A DNA stretch of 61,203 nt, counting the filler, from Nemertoderma westbladi (Eukaryota > Animalia > Xenacoelomorpha): assembly GCA_032718475.1 (NCBI GenBank). It is 2 parts of 2 records of this genome, joined end to end, with 100 filler letters (N's around TTAATTAATTAA, not from the genome) between each part and the next. Parts side by side here need not be neighbours in the genome. Positions count along the whole stretch, not along the records: positions 1 to 29,505 come from JAUCBJ010003242.1; positions 29,606 to 61,203 come from JAUCBJ010008020.1. One strand, written 5' to 3'. Each line of letters opens with the position of its first letter. Positions within the stretch are counted from its first letter, which is position 1. The notes under the pieces were generated by a model. That model was given only the letters and a program-made list of their open reading frames with translations. It had not been told where the DNA came from and did no database searches. A program made the translations under genes and the position numbers. This document shows, piece after piece, positions 26,633 through 40,200 of the stretch.

Positions 26633-27229
26633 TTAATGAACCTTTTTCCAATTATATCTGAACAGATTGAACAGATTTAGACAAATCAGAAGGATAACTT
26701 CTGGTTAAACAATTCCTCTTAAATAATTGGTTGTTTTGCAAAATGTATTTGGGCAAATTACATATAACTTGATTGGAATACGACTTTCAAGACCATAATG
26801 CATTGCGCGTTAGCGTTCTGACCATTCTGTGTTGTGCACATGGTTCTCTGCTTGCGGGTCACCTGTTTCTGCTGTATACAGGTACCGGTACAGCGGTAGT
26901 ATCTGCAGATCTGCCTATACCTGTAGCCTAATATTAACATAAAACTGTAATAAGCCTACAACTGTTAGTTGTGTGCGGTAAATAATATGTGCTTTGCTGA
27001 TTTTACTTTCGAATTCGACTTTACTTCGAGATCAATTCAATTTCGAAATTATATATCTTGGCTGGACTAATGAGTATTTGATTGTGGATTTCAACCAGCA
27101 ATTCTGAAAACGCACCATTATTACTATTAAATGGGAATGCTGATCCTCATGGAAATGCTGCCTTGGCATTTCATTCCACAGTGTCAGAACTTGTGAATTT
27201 TTTCAGCTTCAGAGGATAGTCACTATGGC

Positions 27230-27850
27230 ACATTGTCATCGTATGGGATTGCACGAAATCTTCTTGGTGGATTTCAGCCTTTTTGGCAAATCGCAAACAA
27301 AAAATTATGTATGGTAGGTTCTCATTTGTCTGATTATGTGATCGTTATTTCTGGTACAGTTCAAGGCAGTGTGTCCTTGGACCTGTTTTATTTATTGTGT
27401 ATATTAATGACTTACCTGACAACATGACACACGTTAGCTGCAAACTTTTCGCTGATGACGTTAAAATATATGGCAACAGTGAAAAATCAATTGATATAAA
27501 ATTGGCTATATGTATGCTTTATCTGATTGGAGTAAGGCCTGGCAACTTAATGTCGCCTCCCACAAATGCCATGTGTTGCACCTTGGTAGTCAACCAGCTA
27601 CCAATTACACTGAACTTGAACTGAACTTGAAAATGTTTTGAAAGGCCCTGGGTATCATAATAAACACAGAGTTGAAATATAACACCCATTGCAGCGAACG
27701 TGTGTCAATTTTGCCAAAGGCCTACAAGGTCGCCAACATCATCTTTAGGTGTTTTTATACACGTAATGTTAGTGCTTTAAACGCGTAGAAGGCCTTTGTA
27801 TTATAAGGCCACTTCTCGAATACTGTAATGTTATATTGTCAGGTCACCCT
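27230..27850 (+). mobile_element. CR1/L2-like LINE reverse-transcriptase fragment
   Basis: SGTVQGSV, YINDLP, CKLFADDVKIY and a downstream RPLLEYC motif, broken by frameshifts. Confidence 0.8.
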
Positions 27851-29505
27851 ATCAGAATTATAATATAATCCTAGCAGAGCATTTAACGTTAATATAGGGG
27901 CCTACGCGTAGTCAGTAGACACCAACGATGCCGACTAGTAACGTCTTTACACAGGTTCTCAAATAGAGTAGTTTCAGTTTGGAACTCATTACCATTCGAT
28001 GTAGAATGCGCTTCTACTATCTTTACTTTTAATAGATTAATGCAATTGATTTTAGTCTTTTATGTAATATTGATTAATTTAGATTTTTGTAATATAATAT
28101 GTCCTGCCAACATTATACTGTTTATAATTTCTGCATATATTACATCTGCGACATAGTCTGTTAATTGATTCACTGTGAGTCCTATTATTTTTATGTGATT
28201 GCGGATTACTAATCAGTATGTACCGGATCAGTAAGTTCTTTATGCCTTGGTGGTTTCTCGCTCAATATATTTTAAATTAATTATCGTAATTAATGCCTAC
28301 AACTAACTGATTTGTTTATTTTATATGTGCCTTTTTCGTTGGTGCTTGTTATTTTATTTTATTTTATTTGGAGTGAAATACAATACAATACACAATTCGT
28401 TTGTAAATTTTTGATTTATACTAATCAGGTGTATGAATTTTATTGAATATATACTATATTTTGCAATTTATTTTTTATAATGGCAATATTATTTGTAGGG
28501 CATCCGTCTGGGTAGGTTGTTTATACGTGTCACCGTAGGCTGAGATGGTATAGATAACTTGGCCGAGGCCGTTGGAGAAAAACGTTCAGAGTTTGATGTT
28601 CCTTACGTTGAATATATGTATAATAATAATAGCACAATAAAGATTGCATATGTTAACTGAATACTGGTGGAAATGGTAATGTATGATGACAGCCAATATA
28701 TGATGACGGTGAAACAATATTACCGGTCTGCACTAAACTGGGAAATTAACTAACTGAATTACAAACCGGTAACAGAAGGTAATATATGATTGATATACCA
28801 ATATTGCTTAACCTCCTACGCTACTTTGGCCTGTTACCTAATGGTTCCCTATTTGACCCCGATTTTGTAGACAAATTGCTTATTTTTTATTGTAAATTGC
28901 CTACTCTTTTTTTATAGTGTAGTATAATATCTGCTGGGTGCTAGGTTATTATTACAGAGAAATTCACAAAACGTATAGATAGTTACACCAGACAGTACTG
29001 CATAGTAAACCCAATTTTATTCCCCAGTATAACCCCGATAATGATCCCTCCCCCTCCAAAGCCAGATAATTAAGCAAACCCAAGGTGTTGCATTGATGGC
29101 GAACACAACTCCCAATCATTACCAAACATCATGCACCATCACGGCCATGTAAAGAAGAAAATTATTATTATTATTAATCACCATTATATTATATTATTGA
29201 AATTATATATATAATATGCGCCCCACTCGGGGCAAAGGGAAACGAATAATTAATTAATTATAAACATTCAATAAAATCAGAACACAATAAAAGAGGAGGT
29301 TTAAAATATATATATTGGTTTAATATAAGTTATGTGGGGTGGGGTGGGGGGGGGGGGGGTGGTGGTTGTCACATTGCTGCCAGCTCGGCCAAAGTTGGGC
29401 AGTGTGTACAGTTAAGTGCATGGTAGCGGTGGTCGCATGGGCCACTACAATATTTGCAGCGACAGCCTATTGCGAGGGGATGGAAACTCTGCGTATTAAG
29501 ACAGA

Positions 29506-29604
29506 NNNNNNNNNNNNNNNNNNNNNNNNNNNNNNNNNNNNNNNNNNNNTTAATTAATTAANNNNNNNNNNNNNNNNNNNNNNNNNNNNNNNNNNNNNNN
29601 NNNN
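29506..29604. other. Assembly gap with artificial six-frame-stop linker
   Basis: N-run, TTAATTAATTAA (29550-29561), N-run. Confidence 0.95.
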
Positions 29605-32068
29605 NTGCCTAAGCCTTGCTGTCCGTGTCGGCCAATAGAATTTGCGTGGGTGTTGATTTCGACCTATCCCAGCGCTACTGAACTGAATTTCCTATCTCAC
29701 TGCTCATCCTCTGTGTTGGATGGGAGCTTCGGGGAATAAGGGTTTTTGGTATACTCGTATAGTGGTAGTAGTCATATGATTTTATATGATTCTGTTGTTG
29801 TGTTCCCATTTTCGCCATAACACCGGCTTTTTGGGAAGAACTCTAATAAAACTGCTTAAATTATCGAAAGTATAAACTGTTACCTAACTAAACTAACCTA
29901 ACGCAATCGACTTATCTGATCTAATTAACTCACTATTAATCATATTGTTTGTACTGTTATTTACCGTCAGTTATTAATTGTACCTATTTGTTGATGGAAA
30001 TATTGCTCTTTGGATAATACGGATAAATCACTCAAATTTCCCAATTTTCTTGATACACTACAGGTTAGAGAGGCGGGCTATATATAACAATTGCGATTTA
30101 TATTAATGTGGTGTGTATTGAATCTAATGTTATTTAGCAGACCCTACATGAGTCAATTACTGCTCTCTTTATGTGTGATCAAATATACTGACGGTCGGCA
30201 GAATAGTGTGCATGATTGTGATTGGTAACAAAGTATTTCCTAAAGAATACGCTTTATACTTTAATCATAAGCAGTATCGTTGCGTTTAGTATAAGTCTTA
30301 GTTCTGTTTAAATAGATACAGCGCCACGTCCTAAAGGAACTGTTAATATTTCCCGAAAGCCAATAATATCTGTCAGGAATTAATTATTAACGATCTGTCG
30401 AATAATACAGTAAGTTTACGCTGCAACCTTACACTGCAATAATAAAATTTAAGCATCCGAATTCAGCCTCCCGGGTGTAGATCCATCGGGTGAATGATCG
30501 CGCATGGGCTGACTTCGGCTAATGTTTTGTGTATTAGCATAAAATATTGTCGTATGCTAAAGGTGTTTTAATTAACTAAAAGACATATAAATTTTGGCAG
30601 GTTAAACTGCTAAAGGTCTTCAAAAGCGCGAACACCTGTTATCAATTTGTTCAATGTTGCCCCAGTATTTCAAAGTTACCCCGTGATTCAAAGTAGCCCC
30701 GGTTTACGGTACCAGTACACTGCACAGTCTGACAGTGCGCTGTGCAGTGCTGCAGTGGGTTACCTACTGCCTACCGGCGTTACTGCTGTACTGGTAACTG
30801 CAGAACTGGGTAATATAAATTCTACAATTATCAATGTTAACCCATATTATACTAACAATAACAACTAATGTCAGTTTAAAATGACAGCATGGTATAATCC
30901 GGATTCAGGGCCCTCCACCTATTCTGCCAGTCTGCTGTCAGGCTGTGCTGTGTGTTGTTTACTCGCAGTAGGCTTACTGCCTGCCTAGTGCCTACTGCCA
31001 GTCGGTGAGAAGTCAAAAATTGAACTTGAGTCCAAAATTGGACTTCGACTCCAGTTCAAGTCCAAAATTGGACTTCTGTGAGTCCAATATTGGACTTCAA
31101 ATCAGCCAATTGTTCCAGGGCCTTGGGTAATTGGATCGGGCGGGATTTTTTTTTTTAATCGAAAATATATCAAAAAATAAGAGTTTTGAACAGGGGGACC
31201 TGAAATTCACCAGGGGGGACTTTTTTTATAAGGCTTTGAATTTTTACAAAAGTCCAATATTGGACTTTAAGTCCAATTTTGGACGCGACATTGAGAATCA
31301 AACATAAATGTACATGAAGCATAACAGATGAGAGACAGCCAGACAGCTATTGAAGTTATGGAAAGTTACCTTTGCAGCTCTGTATGTATCTTCAGTATAC
31401 TGTACTTAGAATAGGACCGTAATGGTACATTCTAGCATTCTAGGTACTTTGTACTTTACTTTTAGCATATTGTTTAGTTTACATTCATGTTATGTCTAAC
31501 CTTACAGCCGTATGTACCCAGGACTTCAGGACTTAGGACCAGTCTTTAGGACTAGATTAGATTATGCTCCAAGAAATATTTAATTACAAATTATATTTGG
31601 TGGCAACTGGTAGCAATGCCAGGTTTGCCAACTGCAGCTGCTGCTAAGGCCAAATGCTAACTACAGTACACAGTACAAGCTGCGATTTCGTCTAAGCCTA
31701 TGGAAGCCCTATCAGCAGATCAGAAAGAAATACTACCAAGTTGATTACCACCATCTCTTCTAACTTTTCCATACAACAGGTGACGGGAAGGGTAGGCCTA
31801 TTTTAAAACGGCTGGATAATGAAAGGGGATTAACTGATTAACGTGTTCAGGTGTTGGGGTCTCCACATAATAAGTACAGAAGTAACACACGTCATAATCC
31901 AATTGAGGGAAAGGAACAGGTTACAGAGGCAGGCTTTTCTAACTAAAACAATAAACGGCCACTTTTGACTTTACCAATTGAAGGAGCCATAGCACCACAT
32001 ACTACTAACTACAATCCAGCAATCGGCATGCTGCATTGCAGCTGCATTATATATATAGGCCCTATTAA

Positions 32069-33628
32069 CCTTATTAGTATACCGGGCTATAAAATGCTGT
32101 ACAAATACCGGGGGGGGGGGTCATATTGACCCCTCCCTCTAAAATCTACAAATATTAACGAAAACGTCTGATTTTTTGTTTGTACGTAGGTATCACTAGT
32201 CTGGATCCGACCGAAATAAAAAATTTTCAAAAAAATGTACTGGAGTGGTAATATTGCAGCACCAAAATTACAAGTAGTGCACAATTTTCACAAAATTTGA
32301 AAGTTACATTTTTCGGCAAATTGTTTTTCAATACAGGTTTTCTGGGGCGCAAAATACATTGGAAAATATTTAAAAATGATATCATTACCATAAATGGCTG
32401 TTTAGTCCTCTATGCGTAGGAAAAAAATGAAAAAAACAAGTAACCAGCACTTTTCAGTTAGAACACAAAATTTTTAATTCACTTATACGATGCTATAAAT
32501 TCACATTTTAAGGTTTTCTAGGGCGCTGATTCTAATGGAATACATTTCAAATATGCCAGATCATTGCTACTTGTATTTTTCGGCGTAATTTGGCAAATTT
32601 TGGTGCTAGCACCAAATTTCGTACCCATCACCAAAAAGTACAAGTTTGCGATGTCCAGTGCTGTTTTTATTGTTTCCATCGGATTCAGGACCCTCATAAA
32701 CCCGTATAACGCAAGAAACAAGATGATACTATCTACTGATCAATTTACTAATTTTCCAAAATTTGGTGTAAAACAACAATTTTCACCCACCGGCGAAAAA
32801 TACAAGCTTGAAAACTCTTATGAAATTTTTACTGATTCCATTGAATTCAGAACCCTAACAAACCCGTATAACGCAAGAAACAAGATGACACAATCAATTG
32901 ATATATTTGATGGTTTTCAAAATTTGGTGCTAGCACCACATTTTGCACCCACTTCCGAAAAATACAAGTTTGAGATGTCTAGTTCGATAATTATATATTC
33001 CATTGAATTCAGAACAGCCATAAACCTCTAAAATGCAAGAAATAAATTGTCACAAGCAATTTTATCTATTGAATGGATTTTCAAAATTTCGTGCTAGCAC
33101 CAAAATTTGCACACAGCACCGAAAAATACAAGTTTGATGCGCTTGGTGCAACTCGTATATATTTCATCGAAACCAGAACCCCAAAAAACCCCAATTGCGT
33201 TAAAAACAAGTTTCAAACAATCAATTTACAAAAATGACATATTTCAAAATTTGGTGCTGGCACCAAAATTTGGCACCCGCCGAAAAAAACAAGTTTGAAA
33301 TTTCTAAATCAATTTATATGAATTCCATCCAATTGCTAACACCAAAAAACCGGTGTAAATCAAAAATAGAGATGTTACAATTAATATTTAATGAAATGTA
33401 ATTTTCAAAAAACGTCTCAAAAAAAGTGCCAAAAGTAGGGTTAAAAAATGGTGCTATAACTCGAAAACTAACCAATATTTTTGAAAACGGTTTTCACTAC
33501 TAGGAAGACAATAGATTTTTAGGAAAAGTCATAAAATTTCAGAATCCCAACTGCGTTTGTTTCAGAATTATAATAAAAAAACCACGGGAGGGGTCATATT
33601 GACCCCCCCCCCCCCGGGTTTAATAGGG
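32069..33628 (+). mobile_element. piggyBac-type family B, copy 3
   Basis: TTAA left, TTAG right; same body; inserted in an RTE 3' fragment. Confidence 0.92.
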
Positions 33629-33990
33629 TTAGGAATGCTGTACCGGCTTGTTGACAAAAGTGCACCTCAACAACTCCCTTACACTCTTACAGCCTTATCA
33701 CCCATGACATTTGCTAGATCATCCGCTTCTTCAAGGCCAGTGTCCTTTGAGACAGTAAGAAAGATGCGTCTCAAGAAAGTCATGGGCTGTCCACCATGAT
33801 TATTCACTCCATGAGGTGCACTGGCTGGTCCTCATGGCGAAAGCAATGTCCTGCAAAGAGGAGGCGGCTTTGTTCTAGTGTCAAGCTTGGGGGAACTAAT
33901 GAGACACCTCCAACTGCAATGTTATTTAGTGTCTGGTTGGAGATGTGTGCATTGTACTTGTCGCTTGTACTTGACACAGTGAACCTAATC
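33629..33990 (-). mobile_element. RTE LINE 3' fragment (duplicated at 39883-40245)
   Basis: RLLFAGHCFRHEDQPVH, homologous to the RTE at 54754-55085. Confidence 0.85.
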
Positions 33991-34249
33991 AAAACAATTA
34001 GTCAATAAACATTAACTCAATAACATAATAGGTTAAAGTTTACAGTAAAAAATAAAAAAAGTCTTATTTTTGCCATACGAAAATACCACAGGTATGGGTA
34101 TGAATGAACAATACAGCTATAACTCAACTAGGCCTACCGGCTGACCAGTTGTGCTAATAAATTTTAAATAATTGATAGGCCAAACTGGATTGTGGAAAAT
34201 GTGGATATACCTTTCACATAATTTATGTGATTTTCCCTGATTTAGTAAA

Positions 34250-34800
34250 GTGACCGGTTATTGTTTTGGTTAGAAAGGCCCGCCTCTGTAACCTGCTCCT
34301 TTCCTTCATTTTGTAAAGTGACTGTTTATTGTTTTGGTTAGAAAATCCCGCCTCTGTAACCTGCCCCTTTCCCTCAATTAGTTAAATGATCGTTTATTGT
34401 TTTCGTTAGAAAATCCCGCCTCTGTAACCTGCTCCTTTCCCTCAATTAGTTAAGTGATCGTTTATTGTTTTGGTTAGAAAATCCAGCATCTGTAACCTGC
34501 TCCTTTCCCTCAATTATTTAAGTGTTCGTTTATTGTTTTGGTTAGAAAATCCCGCCTCTGTAGCCTTCTCCTTTCTCTCAATTGGAAATGTTATCGTTTA
34601 TTGTTTTGCTTAGAAAAGACCATCTATGTAACCTGCTCCTTTCCTTCATTTGGTAAAGTGGTTGTTTATTGTTTTGGTTAGAAAATCCCGTCTCTGTAAC
34701 CTGCTCCTTTCCCTGATTAGGTAAAGTGACCGTTTATTGTTTTGGTTAGAAAGGCTAGCCTCTGTAACCTGCTCCTTTCCTTCATTTGGTAAAGTGACTT
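34250..34800 (+). repeat. 68-bp minisatellite, about 8 copies
   Basis: TTGTTTT(G/C)GTTAGAAA...CTCTGTAACCTGC at 34261, 34329, 34397, 34465 and onward. Single inverted copies at ~31900-31970 and ~38140-38210. Confidence 0.9.
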
Positions 34801-35106
34801 AGATTAATTATCAAATCCGATGATTAGAAAATCCGGTCTTAATCTGCTCCTCTCCATCAATTGGTAATTGTTTTTGGTTATAAAGTGAGTGTCTTGCTAC
34901 GTCATGTGGTAATCGATTATCGACAACAACCACAAACTATTAAATTTAGAGTCTTTTACCTCAGGCGCATACAGGCATATGGAAATCTATCTCATAGTCT
35001 ATAAATCATGGAATTTTGAATGTTTTGGCACAGGCATAGTGAAACCAACTGTCCGACAGACCAGAAATCAACAAATTTTGAATGTTTTGGCAAAGGCATG
35101 TTGATA

Positions 35107-36620
35107 TCAACTGTCTGACAGTCCAGAAATCAGCAGTCTGACAGTTTGAAGAAATACATACCTGAATACATAAAAAGTCATTAAAGGACAACAAAGGTCA
35201 TTATGCACAATTCGTAAAAAAGGAGGACAAAAAAAGGAGGACTTTCTCCTCTTCTTCTGGTTTCCTGTCTCTCCATCACCTGCAGCTGGCAGAAGGTCTT
35301 CTTCTTCAATTCCCTTTCCTGGTGTTACCTTCTTGCCCCGCTGCTTCCGTGTTGATGCTGATGAAGTGTGTTGTGATTGAAGAAGTTCTAATACTACAGA
35401 ATTTATAGCATTTGTGGATGTATCACTTGGAGCTGATGGAATATGACAAAGACCTTTTTCTCTGTTCGGTGGATATAATCCTGTGGCTTCAAATCCCTTT
35501 ATTAAATTTAATGGGAATGCATCGCTAAGTTTATCAGCCAGTCGTTTCATTAGGGCTGGAATTTGAGGCTTTGGAATAGAACCCTTTGTACGTGTCTCTT
35601 TTCTCCAGTTAGAAAGGATATTTCGCCATGCTATCTTGGTAGATCGAAAACATGCCACATCAAGTGGTTGCAGAATATGTGTTGTATTGCCAGGTAGTGG
35701 GATGAATCGAACATTGAGCTCTTTACATGCACGGACAACATCAATGGACAAGTGTGATCCTAAGTTGTCACCTATCAGAATCTTTTTCCCATTAAGATTC
35801 ATTATGGATGGTTTATAAACCCATTCGAACCACTCCTCGAATCTTATCATGTCAAACCATCCTGACTCAGTCATTGAATAACAAGCCCCATTGGGACCAC
35901 CAGATTTCCATCTTTCGTACATAAACTTCGCTTTGTAAACAATCATCACAGGATTTACTGCGCCATCTGCACAACCACTGTACATAACAGATGTATTATC
36001 TTTAGAATGGTCAATGGATCGTTCAACACGTTTGTGACCTCGGCGACATATAACACGCTTTTCACCAGGATCATTTGCAAAGCCTGTTTCGTCATAGTTG
36101 CAGATGTTGCTTGCAGGAACATCTTCAATTTCTTTCTTTATAGTTCATCATAAAAACTGTTTAAGGTTTCTGCTGATATTTCAGCCCTGCTTGTTTTGAT
36201 ATTCGCTGCATTGCGAGCACGAAGACCATTACGTTTCATAAAGGAGAGAATCCATTCAATACCTGGGTAGTTTTGTTTAAAACATTTGACCTTAATATCC
36301 CTCTTCTCAAGAAAGTTATGAACTAAAATTTGAACTTCGGGAATACTCAGTGGTTTCTTCCAGTCCACTAATACTCCAATAGCGTCCACAATACATTTTT
36401 CATCTCCAGCTGTTAATGCAACAGGGTGACCAACTGTTGATTGATGTTGACCGTTAAGTTTATTCCACAGTGTTCCAATTGAAATTCCATAAGTCTTCGA
36501 TACCCCTCGAATAAAATCGCCTTTTTTTACATCATCAAGAGCTTTGTTTAATGTTTCGGTAGAGTAATCTTTATATCGTCTACTGCCCAACTTGCGCTTA
36601 TAATTACGAACCATAAACAT
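35107..36620 (-). pseudogene. pogo-family transposase (psq/CENP-B HTH plus DD35D), one frameshift
   Basis: YSTETLNKALDDVKKG..HTH, NYDETG, IGDNLGSH, QPLDV with 35 residues between the 2nd and 3rd D. An extra TA at ~36139 splits the two track ORFs. Confidence 0.9.
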
Positions 36621-36896
36621 AATATTTTTATTATTTGTATAGCGATACAGCGATAGCCTACATGCCTATCTATATGGTATTGCACCACCACCGTTACCTA
36701 ATACCGGTCAGCCGGTACAGTAATATAACTCCAACTAAACACTAAAGTATTGAAGTATTGGTTAGGCCTATCACACTACACAGAGAAAATACTCAAATTA
36801 TACAAATTCCAAGTAAAAACCAGGATAGGAGTTGGTATTGTAGTATTTACATGTAACTACTATATAATCCCCTTATCCTGTTATCAATTTGTTCAA

Positions 36897-36951
36897 TGTT
36901 GCCCCAGTATTTCAAAGTTACCCCGTGATTCAAAGTAGCCCCGGTTTACGG
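36897..36951 (-). mobile_element. Putative 5' TIR of the pogo element (tip duplicated at 30655-30709)
   Basis: Minus strand reads TA|CCGTAAACCGGGGCTACTTTGAATCACGGGGTAACTTTG. No matching 3' TIR seen. Confidence 0.65.
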
Positions 36952-37242
36952 TACCAGTACACTGCACAGTCTGACAGTGCGCTGTGCAGTGCTGCAGTGG
37001 GTTACCTACTGCCTACCGGCGTTACTGCTGTACTGGTAACTGCAGAACTGGGTAATATAAATTCTACAATTATCAATGTTAACCCATATTATACTAACAA
37101 TAACAACTAATGTCAGTTTAAAATGACAGCATGGTATAATCCGGATTCAGGGCCCTCCACCTATTCTGCCAGTCTGCTGTCAGGCTGTGCTGTGTGTTGT
37201 TTACTCGCAGTAGGCTTACTGCCTGCCTAGTGCCTATACTGC

Positions 37243-40200
37243 CAGTCGGTGAGAAGTCAAAAATTGGACTTGAGTCCAAAATTGGACTTCGACTCCAGTT
37301 CAAGTCCAAAATTGGACTTCTGTGAGTCCAATATTGGACTTCAAATCAGCCAATTGTTCCAGGGCATTGGGTAATTGGATCGGGCGGGATTTTTTTTTTT
37401 AATCGAAAATATATCAAAAAATAAGAGTTTTGAACAGGGGGACCTGAAATTCACCAGGGGGAACTTTTTTTTATAAGGCTTTGAATTTTTACAAAAGTCC
37501 AATATTGGACTTTAAGTCCAATTTTGGACGCGACATTGAGAATCAAACATAAATGTACATGAAGCATAACAGATGAGAGACAGCCAGACAGCTATTGAAG
37601 TTATGGAAAGTTACCTTTGCAGCTCTGTATGTATTTTCAGTATACTGTACTTAGAATAGGACCGTAATGGTACATTCTAGCATTCTAGGTACTTTGTACT
37701 TTACTTTTAGCATATTGTTTAGTTTACATTCATGTTATGTCTAACCTTACAGCCGTATGTACCCAGGACTTCAGGACTTAGGACCAGTCTTTAGGACTAG
37801 ATTAGATTATGCTCCAAGAAATATTTAATTACAAATTATATTTGGTGGCAACTGAGCAATGCCAGGTTTGCCAACTGCAGCTGCTGCTAAGGCCAAATGC
37901 TAACTACAGTACACAGTACAAGCTGCGATTTCGTCTAAGCCTATGGAAGCCCTATCAGCAGATCAGAAAGAAATACTACCAAGTTGATTACCACCATCTC
38001 TTCTAACTTTTCCATACAACAGGTGACGGGAAGGGTAGGCCTATTTTAAAACGGCTGGATAATGAAAGGGGATTAACTGATTAACGTGTTCAGGTGTTGG
38101 GGTCTCCACATAATAAGTACAGAAGTAACACACGTCATAATCCAATTGAGGGAAAGGAACAGGTTACAGAGGCAGGCTTTTCTAACTAAAACAATAAACG
38201 GCCACTTTTGACTTTACCAATTGAAGGAGCCATAGCACCACATACTACTAACTACAATCCAGCAATCGGCATGCTGCATTGCAGCTGCATTATATATATA
38301 GGCCCTATTAACCCTATTAGTACCGGGCTATAAAATGCTGTACAAATACCGGGGGGGGGGGGTCATATTGACCCCTCCCTCTAAAATCTACAAATATTAA
38401 CGAAAACGTCTGATTTTTTGTTTGTACGTAGGTATCACTAGTCTGGATCCGACCGAAAAAAAAAATTTTCAAAAAAATGTACTGGAGTGGTAATATTGCA
38501 GCACCAAAATTACAAGTAGTGCACAATTTTCACAAAATTTGAAAGTTACATTTTTCGGCTAATTGTTTTTCTATACAGGTTTTCTGGGGCGCAAAATACA
38601 TTGGAAAATATTTAAAAATGATATCATTACCATAAATGGCTGTTTAGTCCTCTATGCGTAGGAAAAAAATGAAAAAAACAAGTAACCAGCACTTTTCAGT
38701 TAGAACACAAAATTTTTAATTCACTTATACGATGCTATAAATTCACATTTTTAGGTTTTCTAGGGCGCTGATTCTAATGGAATACATTTCAAATATGCCA
38801 GATCATTGCTACTTGTATTTTTCGGCGTAATTTGGCAAATTTTGGTGCTAGCACCAAATTTCGTACCCATCACCAAAAAGTACAAGTTTGCGATGTCCAG
38901 TGCTGTTTTTATTGTTTCCAATTTCCATCGGATTCAGGACCCTCATAAACCCGTATAACGCAAGAAACAAGATGATACTATCTACTGATCAATTTACTAA
39001 TTTTCCAAAATTTGGTGTAGGCCTAAAACAACAATTTTCACCCACCGGCGAAAAATACAAGTTTGAAAACTCTTATGAAATTTTTACTGATTCCATTGAA
39101 TTCAGAACCCTAACAAACCTGTATAACGCAAGAAACAAGATGACACAATCAATTGATATATTTGATGGTTTTCAAAATTTGGTGCTAGCACCACATTTTG
39201 CACCCACTTCCGAAAAATACAAGTTTGAGATGTCTAGTTCGATAATTATATATTCCATTGAATTCAGAACAGCCATAAACCTCTAAAATGCAAGAAATAA
39301 ATTGTCACAAGCAATTTTATCTATTGAATGGATTTTCAAAATTTCGTGCTAGCACCAAAATTTGCACACAGCACCGAAAAATACAAGTTTGATGCGCTTG
39401 GTGCAACTCGTATATATTTCATCGAAACCAGAACCCCAAAAAACCCCAATTGCGTTAAAAACAAGTTTCAAACAATCAATTTACAAAAATGACATATTTC
39501 AAAATTTGGTGCTGGCACCAAAATTTGGCACCCGCCGAAAAAAACAAGTTTGAAATTTCTAAATCAATTTATATGAATTCCATCCAATTGCTAACACCAA
39601 AAAACCGGTGTAAATCAAAAATAGAGATGTTACAATTAATATTTAATGAAATGTAATTTTCAAAAAACGTCTCAAAAAAAGTGCCAAAAGTAGGGTTAAA
39701 AAATGGTGCTATAACTCGAAAACTAACCAATATTTTTGAAAACGGTTTTCACTACTAGGAAGACAATAGATTTTTAGGAAAAGTCATAAAATTTCAGAAT
39801 CCCAACTGCGTTTGTTTCAGAATTATAATAAAAAAACCACGGGAGGGGTCATATTGACCCCCCCCCCCCGGGTTTAATAGGGTTAGGAATGCTGTACCGG
39901 CTTGTTGACAAAAGTGCACCTCAACAACTCCCTTACACTCTTACAGCCTTATCACCCATGACATTTGCTAGATCATCCGCTTCTTCAAGGCCAGTGTCCT
40001 TTGAGACAGTAAGAAAGATGCGTCTCAAGAAAGTCATGGGCTGTCCACCATGATTATTCACTCCATGAGGTGCACTGGCTGGTCCTCATGGCGAAAGCAA
40101 TGTCCTGCAAAGAGGAGGCGGCTTTGTTCTAGTGTCAAGCTTGGGGGAACTAATGAGACACCTCCAACTGCAATGTTATTTAGTGTCTGGTTGGAGATGT

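Larger units (their letters stand above)
24756..28919. mobile_element. Possible CACTA/EnSpm-like non-autonomous element with nested insertions
   Basis: TA|CACTCTAAAAAAA ... TTTTTTTATAGTG|TA with GCAAAT/CAATTT subterminal repeats; that these two ends belong together is inferred. Confidence 0.5.
30635..34130 (+). repeat. Segmental duplication, copy 1 (~3.5 kb)
   Basis: Nearly identical to 36877-40398; duplicated ORF translations are identical in the track. Confidence 0.95.

Noticed and set aside
28499-28789. Possible further exon of the EGF gene (AG ... G|GTAATA)
   Set aside because: Three stops in the best frame and no recognisable domain.
29550-29561. TTAATTAATTAA island between N runs
   Set aside because: Artificial contig linker; adjacency across it is not biological evidence.
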